Source of the DNA: Bacteroidota bacterium
GTDB taxonomy: Bacteria > Bacteroidota > Bacteroidia > UKL13-3
Assembly: GCA_027491355.1 (NCBI GenBank)
Contig: JAIXWI010000015.1
Location: forward strand, 34,588-98,587
DNA length: 64,000 nt
Reading direction: 5' to 3'
This document shows positions 50,121 to 60,020 of the stretch, piece after piece (the stretch's first letter is position 1; each line of letters begins with the position of its first letter). A model generated the notes under the pieces. That model was given only the letters and a program-made list of their open reading frames with translations, did no database searches and was not told the DNA's origin. The position numbers were made by a program, and so were the translations under genes.

Positions 50121-52793
50121 ATGGAAGAAATAAACGAAGAAAACAAAGAAAGTAGACAAGAATACCATGTTATAGCAGTCAATGGACTGTATGAAAATTG
50201 GTTTTTAGATTACGCATCCTACGTAATTTTAGAAAGGGCTGTTCCTGCAATTGATGATGGTTTAAAACCTGTTCAACGTAGAATTTTACATGCCATGCGA
50301 GACATGGATGATGGAAGATTCAATAAAGTGGCCAATGTGATTGGGCAAACCATGCAATACCACCCACATGGTGATGCTGCTATTGGTGATGCTATGGTAA
50401 ATTTGGGTCAAAAAGATTTATTAATTGAAACCCAAGGAAATTGGGGTGATGTAAGAACTGGTGATGCAGCTGCTGCACCAAGGTATATTGAAGCCAGACT
50501 CTCGAAATTTGCATTGGAGGTAGCATTCAATAAACAAACAACCATTTGGCAAAATTCTTATGATGGCAGAAAAAAAGAGCCTGTAGCATTGCCAATGAAA
50601 TTCCCATTGTTATTAGCTCAAGGTGTTGAGGGCATAGCTGTAGGTTTAGCAACTAAAGTGCTTCCTCATAATTTCATTGAGTTACTTCAAGCGAGTATTG
50701 ACTACTTAAAAGGAAAAAAATTTGAGTTATACCCTGATTTTGCAACTGCTGGTTTAATCGATGTCTCCAACTACAACCAAGGCAAAAAGGGCGGGAAAGT
50801 TCGTGTCAGAGCTAGAATTGAAGAGTCTGATAAAAAAACATTGCTCATTAAGGATGTACCTTACGGGGTAACCACTAACCAATTGATAGATTCTATTATC
50901 AAAGCCAATGATTCAGGTAAAATTAAAATCAAAAAGGTTATTGACAATACAGCTAAAGATGTTGAAGTTGAAATACAGTTAGCTCCAGGGGTTTCCCCAG
51001 ACAAGACAATTGATGCTTTGTATGCATTTACAGATTGTGAGGTAAGTATTTCCCCAAATGCTTGTGTAATTGTAGACAACAAACCTGTTTTCATAGGTGT
51101 AGAAGATTTGTTAAAGTTATCTACAGAACGTACCAAGGAATTACTGAAACAAGAGTTGGAAATCAAAATGAATGAATTAGAGGCCTCATGGCATGCCAGT
51201 TCATTAGAAAAAATATTCATAGAAAAACGCATTTACCGTGATATAGAAGAATGTGAAACATTCGAGGATGTGATTGATACCATTTGGAGAGGCATGAATA
51301 AGTTTCGCAAATTGTTCAGAAGAGATTTAACAGAGGAAGATATTTTAAAATTGACCGAAATAAAAATCAAGCGCATTTCAAAATACGACACATTTAAAGC
51401 AGATGAATACATTAAAGGACTTGAAAATCAACTAGAACAAGTTAAGAACGATTTAGAAAACTTAAAGCAATATGCCATCAAGTATTTCGAAAACCTACTC
51501 AAGAAATATAGTAAAGGAAAAGAGCGCAGAACTGAAATCAAAACATTTGACAACATTGATTCAAAAACCGTGGCCATTGCCAATCAAAAACTATATGTAA
51601 ACAGGGCGGAAGGATTTGTAGGCTATGGCTTAAAAAAGGATGAGTTTGTTGTAGATTGTTCAGACATTGATGACATCATTGTTTTCAGACGAGATGGAAA
51701 AATGTTGGTCAGCAAGGTGCAAGAAAAGGCATTCATGGGCAAAGACATCATTCATGTAGATGTATTTAGGAAAAATGATGAGCGCAGAACATATAACCTC
51801 ATTTATTTGGATGGTAAAACTAAAACCAGTTATGCCAAACGTTTTCCAGTTACAGGAATAACCCGTGACAAAGAATACGATTTAACCCAAGGTACTGCAA
51901 ATTCCAGAATACTTTATTTCTCTGCAAATCCATCAGGTGAAGCAGAAATTGTAGCTGTTACGTTAAGCCCTTTGAGCCACGCTAGAAAGCTTTCATTTGA
52001 TTTTGATTTTAGCACATTGGCTATTAAAGGCAGGGGAGTTCAAGGAAATATCTTGAGTAAATATTTAGTCAAAACAATTAAGCTCAAACAAAAAGGAGTG
52101 TCTACACTAGGTGGAATAGACATTTGGTTTGATTGGGCTATTGGTAGGTTAAATGTGAATGAACATGGAAGCTATTTAGGAAATTTCTCAGGTGAAGATT
52201 TGGTTCTCTCTGTATACAAGGATGGCAATTATGAGTTAACAAATTTTGATTTGTCAAACCATTTTGACTACGAGCAATTGCTGTTGATTGTTAAATTCAG
52301 GGCAGATAGAGCCCTTAGTTGTATCTATTTCGACGGGAAAGCAAAGCAAAACTACCTCAAACGCTTTGTAATTGAAACACTCACACTCAATAAAAAGTTC
52401 TTATTTATCAGTGAAGAGAAAGGTTCTCATGTTGTTTTTGTGAGTGATCACAAACAACCAAAAATCAAACTACTTATCGGTAAAGGTAAAACTGCACAAG
52501 AAGAAGAATTGGTTTTATCAGATTTGATTGAAGTAAAAGGATGGAAAGCAATTGGCAATAAATTTACCACCAAAGATTTGGTAAAAATTGAATTATTGAG
52601 TGAAGACGAAGTAGATGAAGTTTTGCCATCCACAGATGAAAATGAGCCTAATTTAACTGAAGACTTGTTCAAGGAGGAGGAAGAAAAGATTAAAAAGCTC
52701 CTTGCAGATGATGAAGACGTGTTCAACAAAAAAAGCATTGCAACTAAGAAACCAAAACCAGAAAACCCTTCAGATCAACCTAAACTATTCTAA
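50121..52793 (+). CDS. parC: DNA topoisomerase IV subunit A (gyrase A-like)
   Basis: 890 aa with YASYVILERAVPAIDDGLKPVQRRIL and the active-site Tyr region. Confidence 0.8.
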   Translation: MEEINEENKESRQEYHVIAVNGLYENWFLDYASYVILERAVPAIDDGLKPVQRRILHAMRDMDDGRFNKVANVIGQTMQYHPHGDAAIGDAMVNLGQKDLLIETQGNWGDVRTGDAAAAPRYIEARLSKFALEVAFNKQTTIWQNSYDGRKKEPVALPMKFPLLLAQGVEGIAVGLATKVLPHNFIELLQASIDYLKGKKFELYPDFATAGLIDVSNYNQGKKGGKVRVRARIEESDKKTLLIKDVPYGVTTNQLIDSIIKANDSGKIKIKKVIDNTAKDVEVEIQLAPGVSPDKTIDALYAFTDCEVSISPNACVIVDNKPVFIGVEDLLKLSTERTKELLKQELEIKMNELEASWHASSLEKIFIEKRIYRDIEECETFEDVIDTIWRGMNKFRKLFRRDLTEEDILKLTEIKIKRISKYDTFKADEYIKGLENQLEQVKNDLENLKQYAIKYFENLLKKYSKGKERRTEIKTFDNIDSKTVAIANQKLYVNRAEGFVGYGLKKDEFVVDCSDIDDIIVFRRDGKMLVSKVQEKAFMGKDIIHVDVFRKNDERRTYNLIYLDGKTKTSYAKRFPVTGITRDKEYDLTQGTANSRILYFSANPSGEAEIVAVTLSPLSHARKLSFDFDFSTLAIKGRGVQGNILSKYLVKTIKLKQKGVSTLGGIDIWFDWAIGRLNVNEHGSYLGNFSGEDLVLSVYKDGNYELTNFDLSNHFDYEQLLLIVKFRADRALSCIYFDGKAKQNYLKRFVIETLTLNKKFLFISEEKGSHVVFVSDHKQPKIKLLIGKGKTAQEEELVLSDLIEVKGWKAIGNKFTTKDLVKIELLSEDEVDEVLPSTDENEPNLTEDLFKEEEEKIKKLLADDEDVFNKKSIATKKPKPENPSDQPKLF

Positions 52794-53527
52794 TTAGCCA
52801 GTTTGATGAATTTGGATTGTAAGCGCAATCCTTTGTCTGTATACATTTCAATCCAATAAGCCCCCTCGGCAATTGAATTGAGGTTCAAAGTTGAAAGATT
52901 TCCTTGTGTTAATATTTGACTACTCACATCCATGCTTACCCCCAGTAAATTAATGAGTTTAGCTTGTTTAATGACATTGTTTTGAGGTATTAAAAAATCA
53001 ATCGTTTGATTAGCGGGATTTGGATATGCCGCAAGTTTTAACGCTGCTGTTTGATTGGTTCCACTTGGCATAATTACCTTAAAATCTATGGTACTTTGGT
53101 CTAATTTCTCTAACTGATTAGATAAGCCTTTTATTTTAAAATAGGTGTATACCTTAACCAAAATTGCCCAAGTTTTGACATCCTTCTCTGTTGCAACACC
53201 ATAAATTCTTGCACAACCTCTTGCGCCTCCTGCCCAGGTCATATTCGGAGAATTGGTTTCATAAGCAAAGCCAGGAGGGTAATTCTCAATAGACAAAACT
53301 ACCGCTGAATCAACTGAAACATTGTACATGGTTCCACCAATCTCTAAAACACTGTCTTTAGGAACCAATAACGATATCACTTGACTGTATGATTCTCCAA
53401 CTATCGCATCGGCCAATCTGCTCGGAGAAATTCCGGGTATAACCATAGATTGATCAGGAGTGCATTGGGCTTTTAGATTGAATTGAACAAAATATAAAAG
53501 CGTCAGTAATGTAAAAAAAATTTTCAT
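52790..53527 (-). CDS. T9SS type-A C-terminal-domain secreted protein (hypothetical cargo)
   Basis: Signal peptide and C-terminal LAAYPNPANQTIDFLI...GAYWIEMYT. Confidence 0.55.
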   Translation of the reverse strand: MKIFFTLLTLLYFVQFNLKAQCTPDQSMVIPGISPSRLADAIVGESYSQVISLLVPKDSVLEIGGTMYNVSVDSAVVLSIENYPPGFAYETNSPNMTWAGGARGCARIYGVATEKDVKTWAILVKVYTYFKIKGLSNQLEKLDQSTIDFKVIMPSGTNQTAALKLAAYPNPANQTIDFLIPQNNVIKQAKLINLLGVSMDVSSQILTQGNLSTLNLNSIAEGAYWIEMYTDKGLRLQSKFIKLAN

Positions 53528-53598
53528 CCTAAAATATTTAGCTTCTCGAAAGTACCAGTTTCAATTAAATTTTATGTACAAATTTCCAATTCAATTGT

Positions 53599-54042
53599 TC
53601 ATGATTTGGAAAACATCGCATAAACATAATACAACATGAGGACAAAACCTGAAATGAATGGAATCAGGGCAAAATGCTTTAAATCTTCAAAGAAAAACTC
53701 AGAAAGCATCCACCAAGCATTGGCAGAAATCCAACAAAATACGGCCATGCTCGATATTCTTTGAAAGAAATCTTTACTACTTTTAATCACAAAATAAAGA
53801 GCGAAAGAGAGGGTAGGTGCCACCATAATGAGACCCACAGTTTTTAAATTGAGCATCCAACAGGCATCTTTAATGAGCCAAAGCAATACATGAAAATTCT
53901 CTAAATGAAACCTTGAAAAAAAGTCATTTTGGGGCTTCATTGTTTTTGAATCTGTTCTCGAAACATTACAGTAATCACAATTTTCGCCATTTTCAAGTAC
54001 CTGTCTTCCTTCACATAACGGGCAAACATATCCGCAACTCAT
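53599..54042 (-). CDS. zinc-ribbon (CxxC..CxxC) membrane protein, hypothetical
   Basis: The N-terminus CGYVCPLCEG...CDYCN is followed by 3-4 TM helices. It overlaps the miaA stop by 4 nt. Confidence 0.4.
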   Translation of the reverse strand: MSCGYVCPLCEGRQVLENGENCDYCNVSRTDSKTMKPQNDFFSRFHLENFHVLLWLIKDACWMLNLKTVGLIMVAPTLSFALYFVIKSSKDFFQRISSMAVFCWISANAWWMLSEFFFEDLKHFALIPFISGFVLMLYYVYAMFSKS

Positions 54043-54941
54043 ACCAAAAAAGTGATGCAGGTTTCAAATAATTTCTTTTGATCTAGTTGGGCATTTAGCC
54101 AATTTATTTTAAGGCCATCGCGTTCCATTTTCCTAAAGTAAGTCATTTGTCTTTTGGCATATTTTCGAATTTCAATATACAATTGGTGCTTCATATCATC
54201 AAAACCCATTTCATTTTGCAAATAAAGTACCAAGTATTTATACTCCAATCCCAATCTTTTTAAACGCTCAGGATTGACCCCAGCTAGAAGTAAATTTTCA
54301 ACTTCAGCCAACATGCCTTCTTGAAATCGATTGTTGAGTCTTATTTCTATATGTTGCCATCTTTGTTTTGCCGGTAAATCTAAACCAAATACTATTGGCT
54401 TAAATGGTTCCATTTTTAAAGGTTCAGCAGCGTATTGTTTGTGTTCAATTTTTCTAATGAGCTGGTATTTGGTAATCGACAAAGCATCAAATTGAACTTG
54501 CTGTTTTTGCGCCATTTTTTTTAATTGTTCAACTGTCAAAGTTTCCAAATGTTTTCTGTGTGCTTTGTCTACTGCTGAATCATACAAATTAAATGGCTTA
54601 AGCATGGATTCTAAATACATTCCAGATCCACCACAAATTACAGGAATTGAACCATTTTTTGTTGTTTCCTCTTTCACTAGTTGGTGTGCTTTGATAAAAT
54701 CAACCAAGGTAAATTCTTGTTCCAATGAACAACAATTAATGAGTCGGTATGGAATCTTTTTGTTGGGTAGTTCATATTCAGCTAAATCTTTACCACTACC
54801 TATATTGAGTTCTTTGTATACCTGTCGAGAATCGGCCGATACAACCATTGAATTGAAATACGCTGCCAATTGAACTGCCAATTTTGTTTTACCAGATGCA
54901 GTAGGTCCTAATATTACAATGGAATCAAATGGTTTGTTCAT
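54039..54941 (-). CDS. miaA: tRNA dimethylallyltransferase
   Basis: P-loop ILGPTASGKTKLAV. Confidence 0.9.
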   Translation of the reverse strand: MNKPFDSIVILGPTASGKTKLAVQLAAYFNSMVVSADSRQVYKELNIGSGKDLAEYELPNKKIPYRLINCCSLEQEFTLVDFIKAHQLVKEETTKNGSIPVICGGSGMYLESMLKPFNLYDSAVDKAHRKHLETLTVEQLKKMAQKQQVQFDALSITKYQLIRKIEHKQYAAEPLKMEPFKPIVFGLDLPAKQRWQHIEIRLNNRFQEGMLAEVENLLLAGVNPERLKRLGLEYKYLVLYLQNEMGFDDMKHQLYIEIRKYAKRQMTYFRKMERDGLKINWLNAQLDQKKLFETCITFLV

Positions 54942-55650
54942 CTTTTCTCAAGTCTAAGGTGAATTTCATGCTAGCGCCCATTAAAGTACCAAGATTGGTT
55001 TTAGCCAATTGACTTTTGAAGCCTAATTTTTCGAATGAATGCCCATTTCCCCAATTCAAATCAGCATAAGTCATAACATGCTCGGCTTTGGTTTCCAATA
55101 AAAAAGCTTGTAACAATTTACCCATGCCTCCAATAACTGTAGTATGACTCAAAGAAGCATAGCGCAGCCATTCATGCGAATGATAAGGTTTTAACTCTTG
55201 AGTCATTAAACGTGGTTTGGCAAAAGTTGCCAATGCCTGTAATTCGCCTACTGAATTGTAAAGCCCTAATCGGTGTTTAGCACTACAGGTGCCAAAAAAA
55301 TGATTGTTCTCTAAAAAAGTTGCAGCAGTATCTTTGTCAACTCGATCTATTTTACAGTCTTTAGCAAGTATACGGTTCCTTTTTTTCCACAAACTCAATA
55401 ACCTGTTTTGCACCAATTCTTGCTTGGTCTTCCATAATTCTTCAGGAATCAAAACAAAACGGTTACCATTTTGATTGGCTTCTTTCCGGATTTGTTCAAG
55501 CAATGAAGGTGTAATTTTTGTCTGCTGTTCAATGACGGTAATTTGAATTTTAGCATCTGTGGCAAAGAGCGAAATAGGAAATTCATCCAAAACCTGAATT
55601 TCAATGGCATGTGTTGCCAAAAATTGACGAATTGCTGAATTAACTGACAT
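54925..55650 (-). CDS. hypothetical protein
   Basis: 241 aa with no recognisable motif. Co-directional with miaA and overlaps it. Confidence 0.35.
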   Translation of the reverse strand: MSVNSAIRQFLATHAIEIQVLDEFPISLFATDAKIQITVIEQQTKITPSLLEQIRKEANQNGNRFVLIPEELWKTKQELVQNRLLSLWKKRNRILAKDCKIDRVDKDTAATFLENNHFFGTCSAKHRLGLYNSVGELQALATFAKPRLMTQELKPYHSHEWLRYASLSHTTVIGGMGKLLQAFLLETKAEHVMTYADLNWGNGHSFEKLGFKSQLAKTNLGTLMGASMKFTLDLRKDEQTI

Positions 55651-55699
55651 GTAAATGAATATTGCAAAATTAATTGTATAAAGTGGTAATTTCGATACC

Positions 55700-57673
55700 T
55701 TGAAAAATTCAATTCAATACCTGTTAAAATCATGCTTTGTTCTATTTCTAGGACAAGTTAACCTTTTACATGCGACTACCAATAAAGAAATTGTATTGGA
55801 ATCCTCTCAAATTAATTATTTGTCAGGCAATTGGAAAATGTATTGGAATCAAACGGCCTTGACCATTGATTCTTCCTCAAAGAATCCAATAACGATACAG
55901 GTACCAGATTCTTGGCATGATACAAACATCCAACAAAAAGGATTTGGAACTTACCAATTGCTTTTAAAAAACCCATATCCAAAATCAAGTAAGCTAGGTT
56001 TAAGAATTGGACAAATTGGAACATCCTATAGGTTGTATATCAATAAAGTATTAGTTGGAAGTGCAGGTAATTTTGCAACATCAAGACAAAATGAAGTACC
56101 TAATTATTTGTCACAAACCGTTTATTTTGAACCAAATGCTGATAGCATAGAGCTACTGTTGGAGGTTTCCAATTACCAATACAGAGTTGGTGGTATCTGG
56201 TCTAATATTGAGTTGGGTACTGAACACCAAATCAAACAAAAATCAAACCTACTATTAATTGGTGATACCCTTTTATTGGGCGTATTGATTTCTATGGCAT
56301 TGTTTTTCTTGTTTTTGTACTTGTACAACAAAACAGATAAAACCAGTTTGTATTTTGTTTTAATTTGTATAGGAGCTGCTTTGAGGGTATGCTCAACAGG
56401 CGAAATCTTGTTCAGGAAAATGGAAATTCCAATTTCATTTGAATCACTTGTAAAATGCGAATTCATTTCTATGCAATGCATGATTTTCTTTGGAATCGTA
56501 TACATCCATCATTTGTTTCCTAAAGATAGCAAAGCCATCATTACTAAAATTTTAAGTTTAATGAATGGAATTTGGTTTTTGATTTTTACACTTACTCCTA
56601 TAGAAATTGGATCCGTATGGATGGGATATTACTTAATACTAGCAACCCTTCAACTATTGTATCTGGGATATTTTCTTGTGAGCGTATTTATCAAGAAAAG
56701 ACCTTATTCAGTTTTGGTAACAGGGGTGTGTTTATTGGTTGTTATTCTTGGAATCAACGATATTTTGTACAGCCAACAATTACTCAATACAACCTATTTG
56801 GTTACCTATGGTATTCTTATTTTTACTTTTGCTCAATCTTTAATTCTCATCAGTAAATTCAGCAGAACAGGTCAAAAAGCTGCTTTATTGACCCAAAAAC
56901 TTGGAAATACTAAAATTAGACAAGAAAGAGAATTAATTGAAAAAACAGCTCAAATTCAATCTAAAACAGAAGAATTGATTAAACTCAATAGCATCAAAGA
57001 CCGTATTTTCTCTATAGTATCTCACGATTTACGTGCTCCTTTAAAATCATTGGCCACACTTTTAAAATTTGCAGATGACAATGATTTAACAAGAGATGAT
57101 CTTGCGAAGTATTTGAAAAACATACGTAAAAACATCGACAGTTTAAATTTAACGCTAGAAAACATATTGGTATGGTCTACCAACCAACTCAATGGGGTAA
57201 AATCAAGTGTTGAACTCATTGATATAAGAAGTCTTATCCAAGATAAAATTGCCTTATATACACCTCAAGCCGCTGAAAAACAATTAGCTATCCAAAACAA
57301 TATTCAACAACGCTTATTGGTGTATGTTGACAAACACCAACTCAGTTTTATTTTGAGGAACTTGATAAACAATGCCATTAAGTTCACTGAAAAACAAGGA
57401 AAAATTGAAATCAATGCCACCCATTTAGATGATGACAATACCCTCATTAGTGTAAGCGATTCAGGTATTGGTATGCAAGCAGAGGCAATTGCCGCTCTGT
57501 TGAATAAATCAGAAATATTTAGTTCTTATGGCACTGAAAACGAGAAAGGAACAGGACTTGGCTTGATGCTTTGCAAGGAATACATTGAACACAATGGTGG
57601 AAGGTTAACCATAATCAGTGAACCTGGAAAAGGCACTACCATTCAATTTACAGTTAGAAACAATACTGTTTAA
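55700..57673 (+). CDS. 7TMR-DISM sensor histidine kinase
   Basis: Signal peptide, extracellular 7TMR-DISMED2-like domain, 7 TM helices, HisKA (SHDLRAPL) and HATPase_c (GTGLGL). Confidence 0.8.
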   Translation: MKNSIQYLLKSCFVLFLGQVNLLHATTNKEIVLESSQINYLSGNWKMYWNQTALTIDSSSKNPITIQVPDSWHDTNIQQKGFGTYQLLLKNPYPKSSKLGLRIGQIGTSYRLYINKVLVGSAGNFATSRQNEVPNYLSQTVYFEPNADSIELLLEVSNYQYRVGGIWSNIELGTEHQIKQKSNLLLIGDTLLLGVLISMALFFLFLYLYNKTDKTSLYFVLICIGAALRVCSTGEILFRKMEIPISFESLVKCEFISMQCMIFFGIVYIHHLFPKDSKAIITKILSLMNGIWFLIFTLTPIEIGSVWMGYYLILATLQLLYLGYFLVSVFIKKRPYSVLVTGVCLLVVILGINDILYSQQLLNTTYLVTYGILIFTFAQSLILISKFSRTGQKAALLTQKLGNTKIRQERELIEKTAQIQSKTEELIKLNSIKDRIFSIVSHDLRAPLKSLATLLKFADDNDLTRDDLAKYLKNIRKNIDSLNLTLENILVWSTNQLNGVKSSVELIDIRSLIQDKIALYTPQAAEKQLAIQNNIQQRLLVYVDKHQLSFILRNLINNAIKFTEKQGKIEINATHLDDDNTLISVSDSGIGMQAEAIAALLNKSEIFSSYGTENEKGTGLGLMLCKEYIEHNGGRLTIISEPGKGTTIQFTVRNNTV

Positions 57674-57722
57674 TTCTACAAATGATATGTAGAACCAAAA
57701 ATTAACACAATATTTGCAGTGC

Positions 57723-58823
57723 ATGAGTAAGAAAGGCAAAATTTTGGTAGCCATGAGTGGCGGAATTGATAGTACAGTTGCAGCTGTAATGTTAAAAGAA
57801 GAGGGCTATGAAGTAATTGGTATTACCATGAAAACCTGGGATTACCAAAATAGTGGAGGCAGTAAGAAAGAAACAGGATGTTGTAGTCTAGATTCCATCA
57901 ATGATGCCAGAAGCATTGCTGTTGAACATGGAATACACCACATGATTTTGGACATACGTGACGAATTTGGTGATTTTGTAATTGATAATTTTATTGACGA
58001 ATATTTAGCTGGAAGAACTCCAAACCCCTGTGTTCTATGTAATACGCATATCAAATGGGAAGCTTTGTTAAAAAGAGCTAACCAATTAGATTGTGAATTT
58101 ATTGCAACAGGACATTATGCACAAACCAGGTTCGAAAATGAGCGATATGTCATCTCAAAAGGTTTGGATGAAAACAAAGACCAATCCTATGTATTGTGGG
58201 GTTTAACACAAGAAAGTTTATCAAGAACAAAGTTTCCATTGGGTGGCTTTCATAAAACAGCCATCAAACAAATGGCCTTAGATTGGGGTTACCAAGAATT
58301 GGCAAAAAAAGCAGAGAGCTATGAAATTTGTTTCGTACCTGACAATGATTACCGTTCCTTTTTAAAACACAAAGTTCCAGGCTTAGAAGCCAATGTAGCT
58401 GGAGGTAATTTTGTTAATTCTCAAGGAAAAGTATTAGGCAAACACAAAGGCTATCCTTTTTATACGATTGGTCAACGAAAAGGTTTAGAATTGGCATTTG
58501 GAGAACCCATGTTTGTCTTAGAAATTATTCCTGAAACAAATACGGTTGTCATTGGCCGAGAGGAAGAATTGAAGAAAAAAGGCATGATGGTTCGCAATTT
58601 AAACCTTCAAAAATATGCCCAACTAGACAAACCATTAGAAAGTATCACTAAAATCAGGTACAAAGACCCAGGAGCAACTGCAATACTTGAACAGCTTGAC
58701 AACCAAATGAAAGTTCATTTTTTACAAGAAGTGAAAGGCATCGCACCTGGTCAATCTGCCGTTTTCTATGAAGGAAACGATGTTATAGGAGGGGGTTGGA
58801 TTCAAACTAGTTTCGACTACTAA
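57723..58823 (+). CDS. mnmA: tRNA 2-thiouridine(34) synthase
   Basis: PP-loop AMSGGIDSTVAA and catalytic Cys residues. Start chosen at MSKKGK. Confidence 0.9.
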   Translation: MSKKGKILVAMSGGIDSTVAAVMLKEEGYEVIGITMKTWDYQNSGGSKKETGCCSLDSINDARSIAVEHGIHHMILDIRDEFGDFVIDNFIDEYLAGRTPNPCVLCNTHIKWEALLKRANQLDCEFIATGHYAQTRFENERYVISKGLDENKDQSYVLWGLTQESLSRTKFPLGGFHKTAIKQMALDWGYQELAKKAESYEICFVPDNDYRSFLKHKVPGLEANVAGGNFVNSQGKVLGKHKGYPFYTIGQRKGLELAFGEPMFVLEIIPETNTVVIGREEELKKKGMMVRNLNLQKYAQLDKPLESITKIRYKDPGATAILEQLDNQMKVHFLQEVKGIAPGQSAVFYEGNDVIGGGWIQTSFDY

Positions 58824-58831
58824 TAAAGGTT

Positions 58832-59191
58832 TTACCTCAATATTTTATCCAAACTTTTGCCTTTTGCCAATTCATCAACCAATTTGTCTAAATACCTGAC
58901 TTTTCGTGTCAAAGGATTTTGAATTTCCTCTATGCTGTATCCACAAATGACACCCCTGATCAAAGCCGCATTAGGATGAAGTTCTGCCCGTTCAAAAAAC
59001 ACATCAAAGTTTATTTCCTCTTCAATCATAAACCTTATTTGCGTTTGTGTAAAACCCGTCAACCATTCAATTATTTTCAACAATTCAGCTTCTGAACGAC
59101 CTTTTTTTTCAATTTTTAAAAGGTAGTGTGGGTATACTGATGCAAAAGTCATTACCGCAATTCGCTCGTTGTGTTTAGCTGTCGTTTTCAT
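58832..59191 (-). CDS. small cytoplasmic protein (DUF2200-like)
   Basis: Start chosen at MKTTAKHNERIAVMTFASVYPHYL. Confidence 0.35.
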   Translation of the reverse strand: MKTTAKHNERIAVMTFASVYPHYLLKIEKKGRSEAELLKIIEWLTGFTQTQIRFMIEEEINFDVFFERAELHPNAALIRGVICGYSIEEIQNPLTRKVRYLDKLVDELAKGKSLDKILR

Positions 59192-59234
59192 TTTGAACGC
59201 ATTTGTAAAAAGACAAAGTAGGGTGCACTTATGC

Positions 59235-59269
59235 AAAAAAAATCCCCGACATGTATGATATCGGGGATT
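59235..59269 (-). terminator. rho-independent terminator of 59290..59805 gene
   Basis: Stems aatccccga and tcggggatt flank an 11-nt loop. The stem is preceded by A8 on the plus strand, which gives a U-tract on the minus strand. Confidence 0.45.
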
Positions 59270-59289
59270 TCAATTACATATACAGTTAC

Positions 59290-59805
59290 TTATGCAGCTT
59301 TCTTAAACAAAGGCACATTAATGGTAATTAAATAATAAGATCCAAACAATGCAGATGCATAAAACAAATCACCCATTAAAGCATTTTTAAGAAAAGGAAT
59401 ACCTGCTAAATAAGATGACACAACACCATCTAAAGTATGTGGATACAAGGTAACAGGATAAAACAATGCAAAGTTTGTAAACAAGAAAAACACCAAACTA
59501 CTTACCATAGAAACTCCCAAAACGTTGATGATTCCAGCTTTGTTTCTTAACATAAAACCCATTAAAATGGTTAAACCGAAACCCACATAAGGTACAATCA
59601 TTTCATAGCCATACAATCCTATGTACAAATCGCTGATAAACAAGGCCAAAAATGGAACCAAAATAGCCATGAACCTGTTGGCAATCATGGCACCTGAAAA
59701 CAAAGCAATTGCACCTAATGGTGTAAAATTTGGCAAATGAGCAATTAATCTAAATGTAGTTGCCAATAAGATAAGTCCAGTAATGAGTATAAAACGATTT
59801 TTCAT
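59290..59805 (-). CDS. small polytopic membrane protein (DUF6580-like putative transporter component)
   Basis: 171 aa with 5 TM helices and the motif LPNFTPLGA. Confidence 0.4.
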   Translation of the reverse strand: MKNRFILITGLILLATTFRLIAHLPNFTPLGAIALFSGAMIANRFMAILVPFLALFISDLYIGLYGYEMIVPYVGFGLTILMGFMLRNKAGIINVLGVSMVSSLVFFLFTNFALFYPVTLYPHTLDGVVSSYLAGIPFLKNALMGDLFYASALFGSYYLITINVPLFKKAA

Positions 59806-60020
59806 GATTCAGTGATTTCTATTTTTTTTAGTAGCTACGAAAGTAACGTGCTTTGTTAAAAATCAAAAGTCAAAATACACTTGGTTGTACACATTCGGCT
59901 ATTTTTTTACACAATATGCAACGCTGTTACCTGTTATATTGACAATAAAAAAACTTGTCGCAATGCCTTATAAGGCTTATTTTGCAACGATTTATAAACA
60001 AAAAACATTTATTATATCAT

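Noticed and set aside
59955-60020. TTG-initiated N-terminal extension of the M16 peptidase given in the ORF track
   Set aside because: The ATG at 60021 is followed immediately by a typical signal peptide (MNKQVIVRILLAVFLVQLTGNLLAQ), and the extension is non-hydrophobic.
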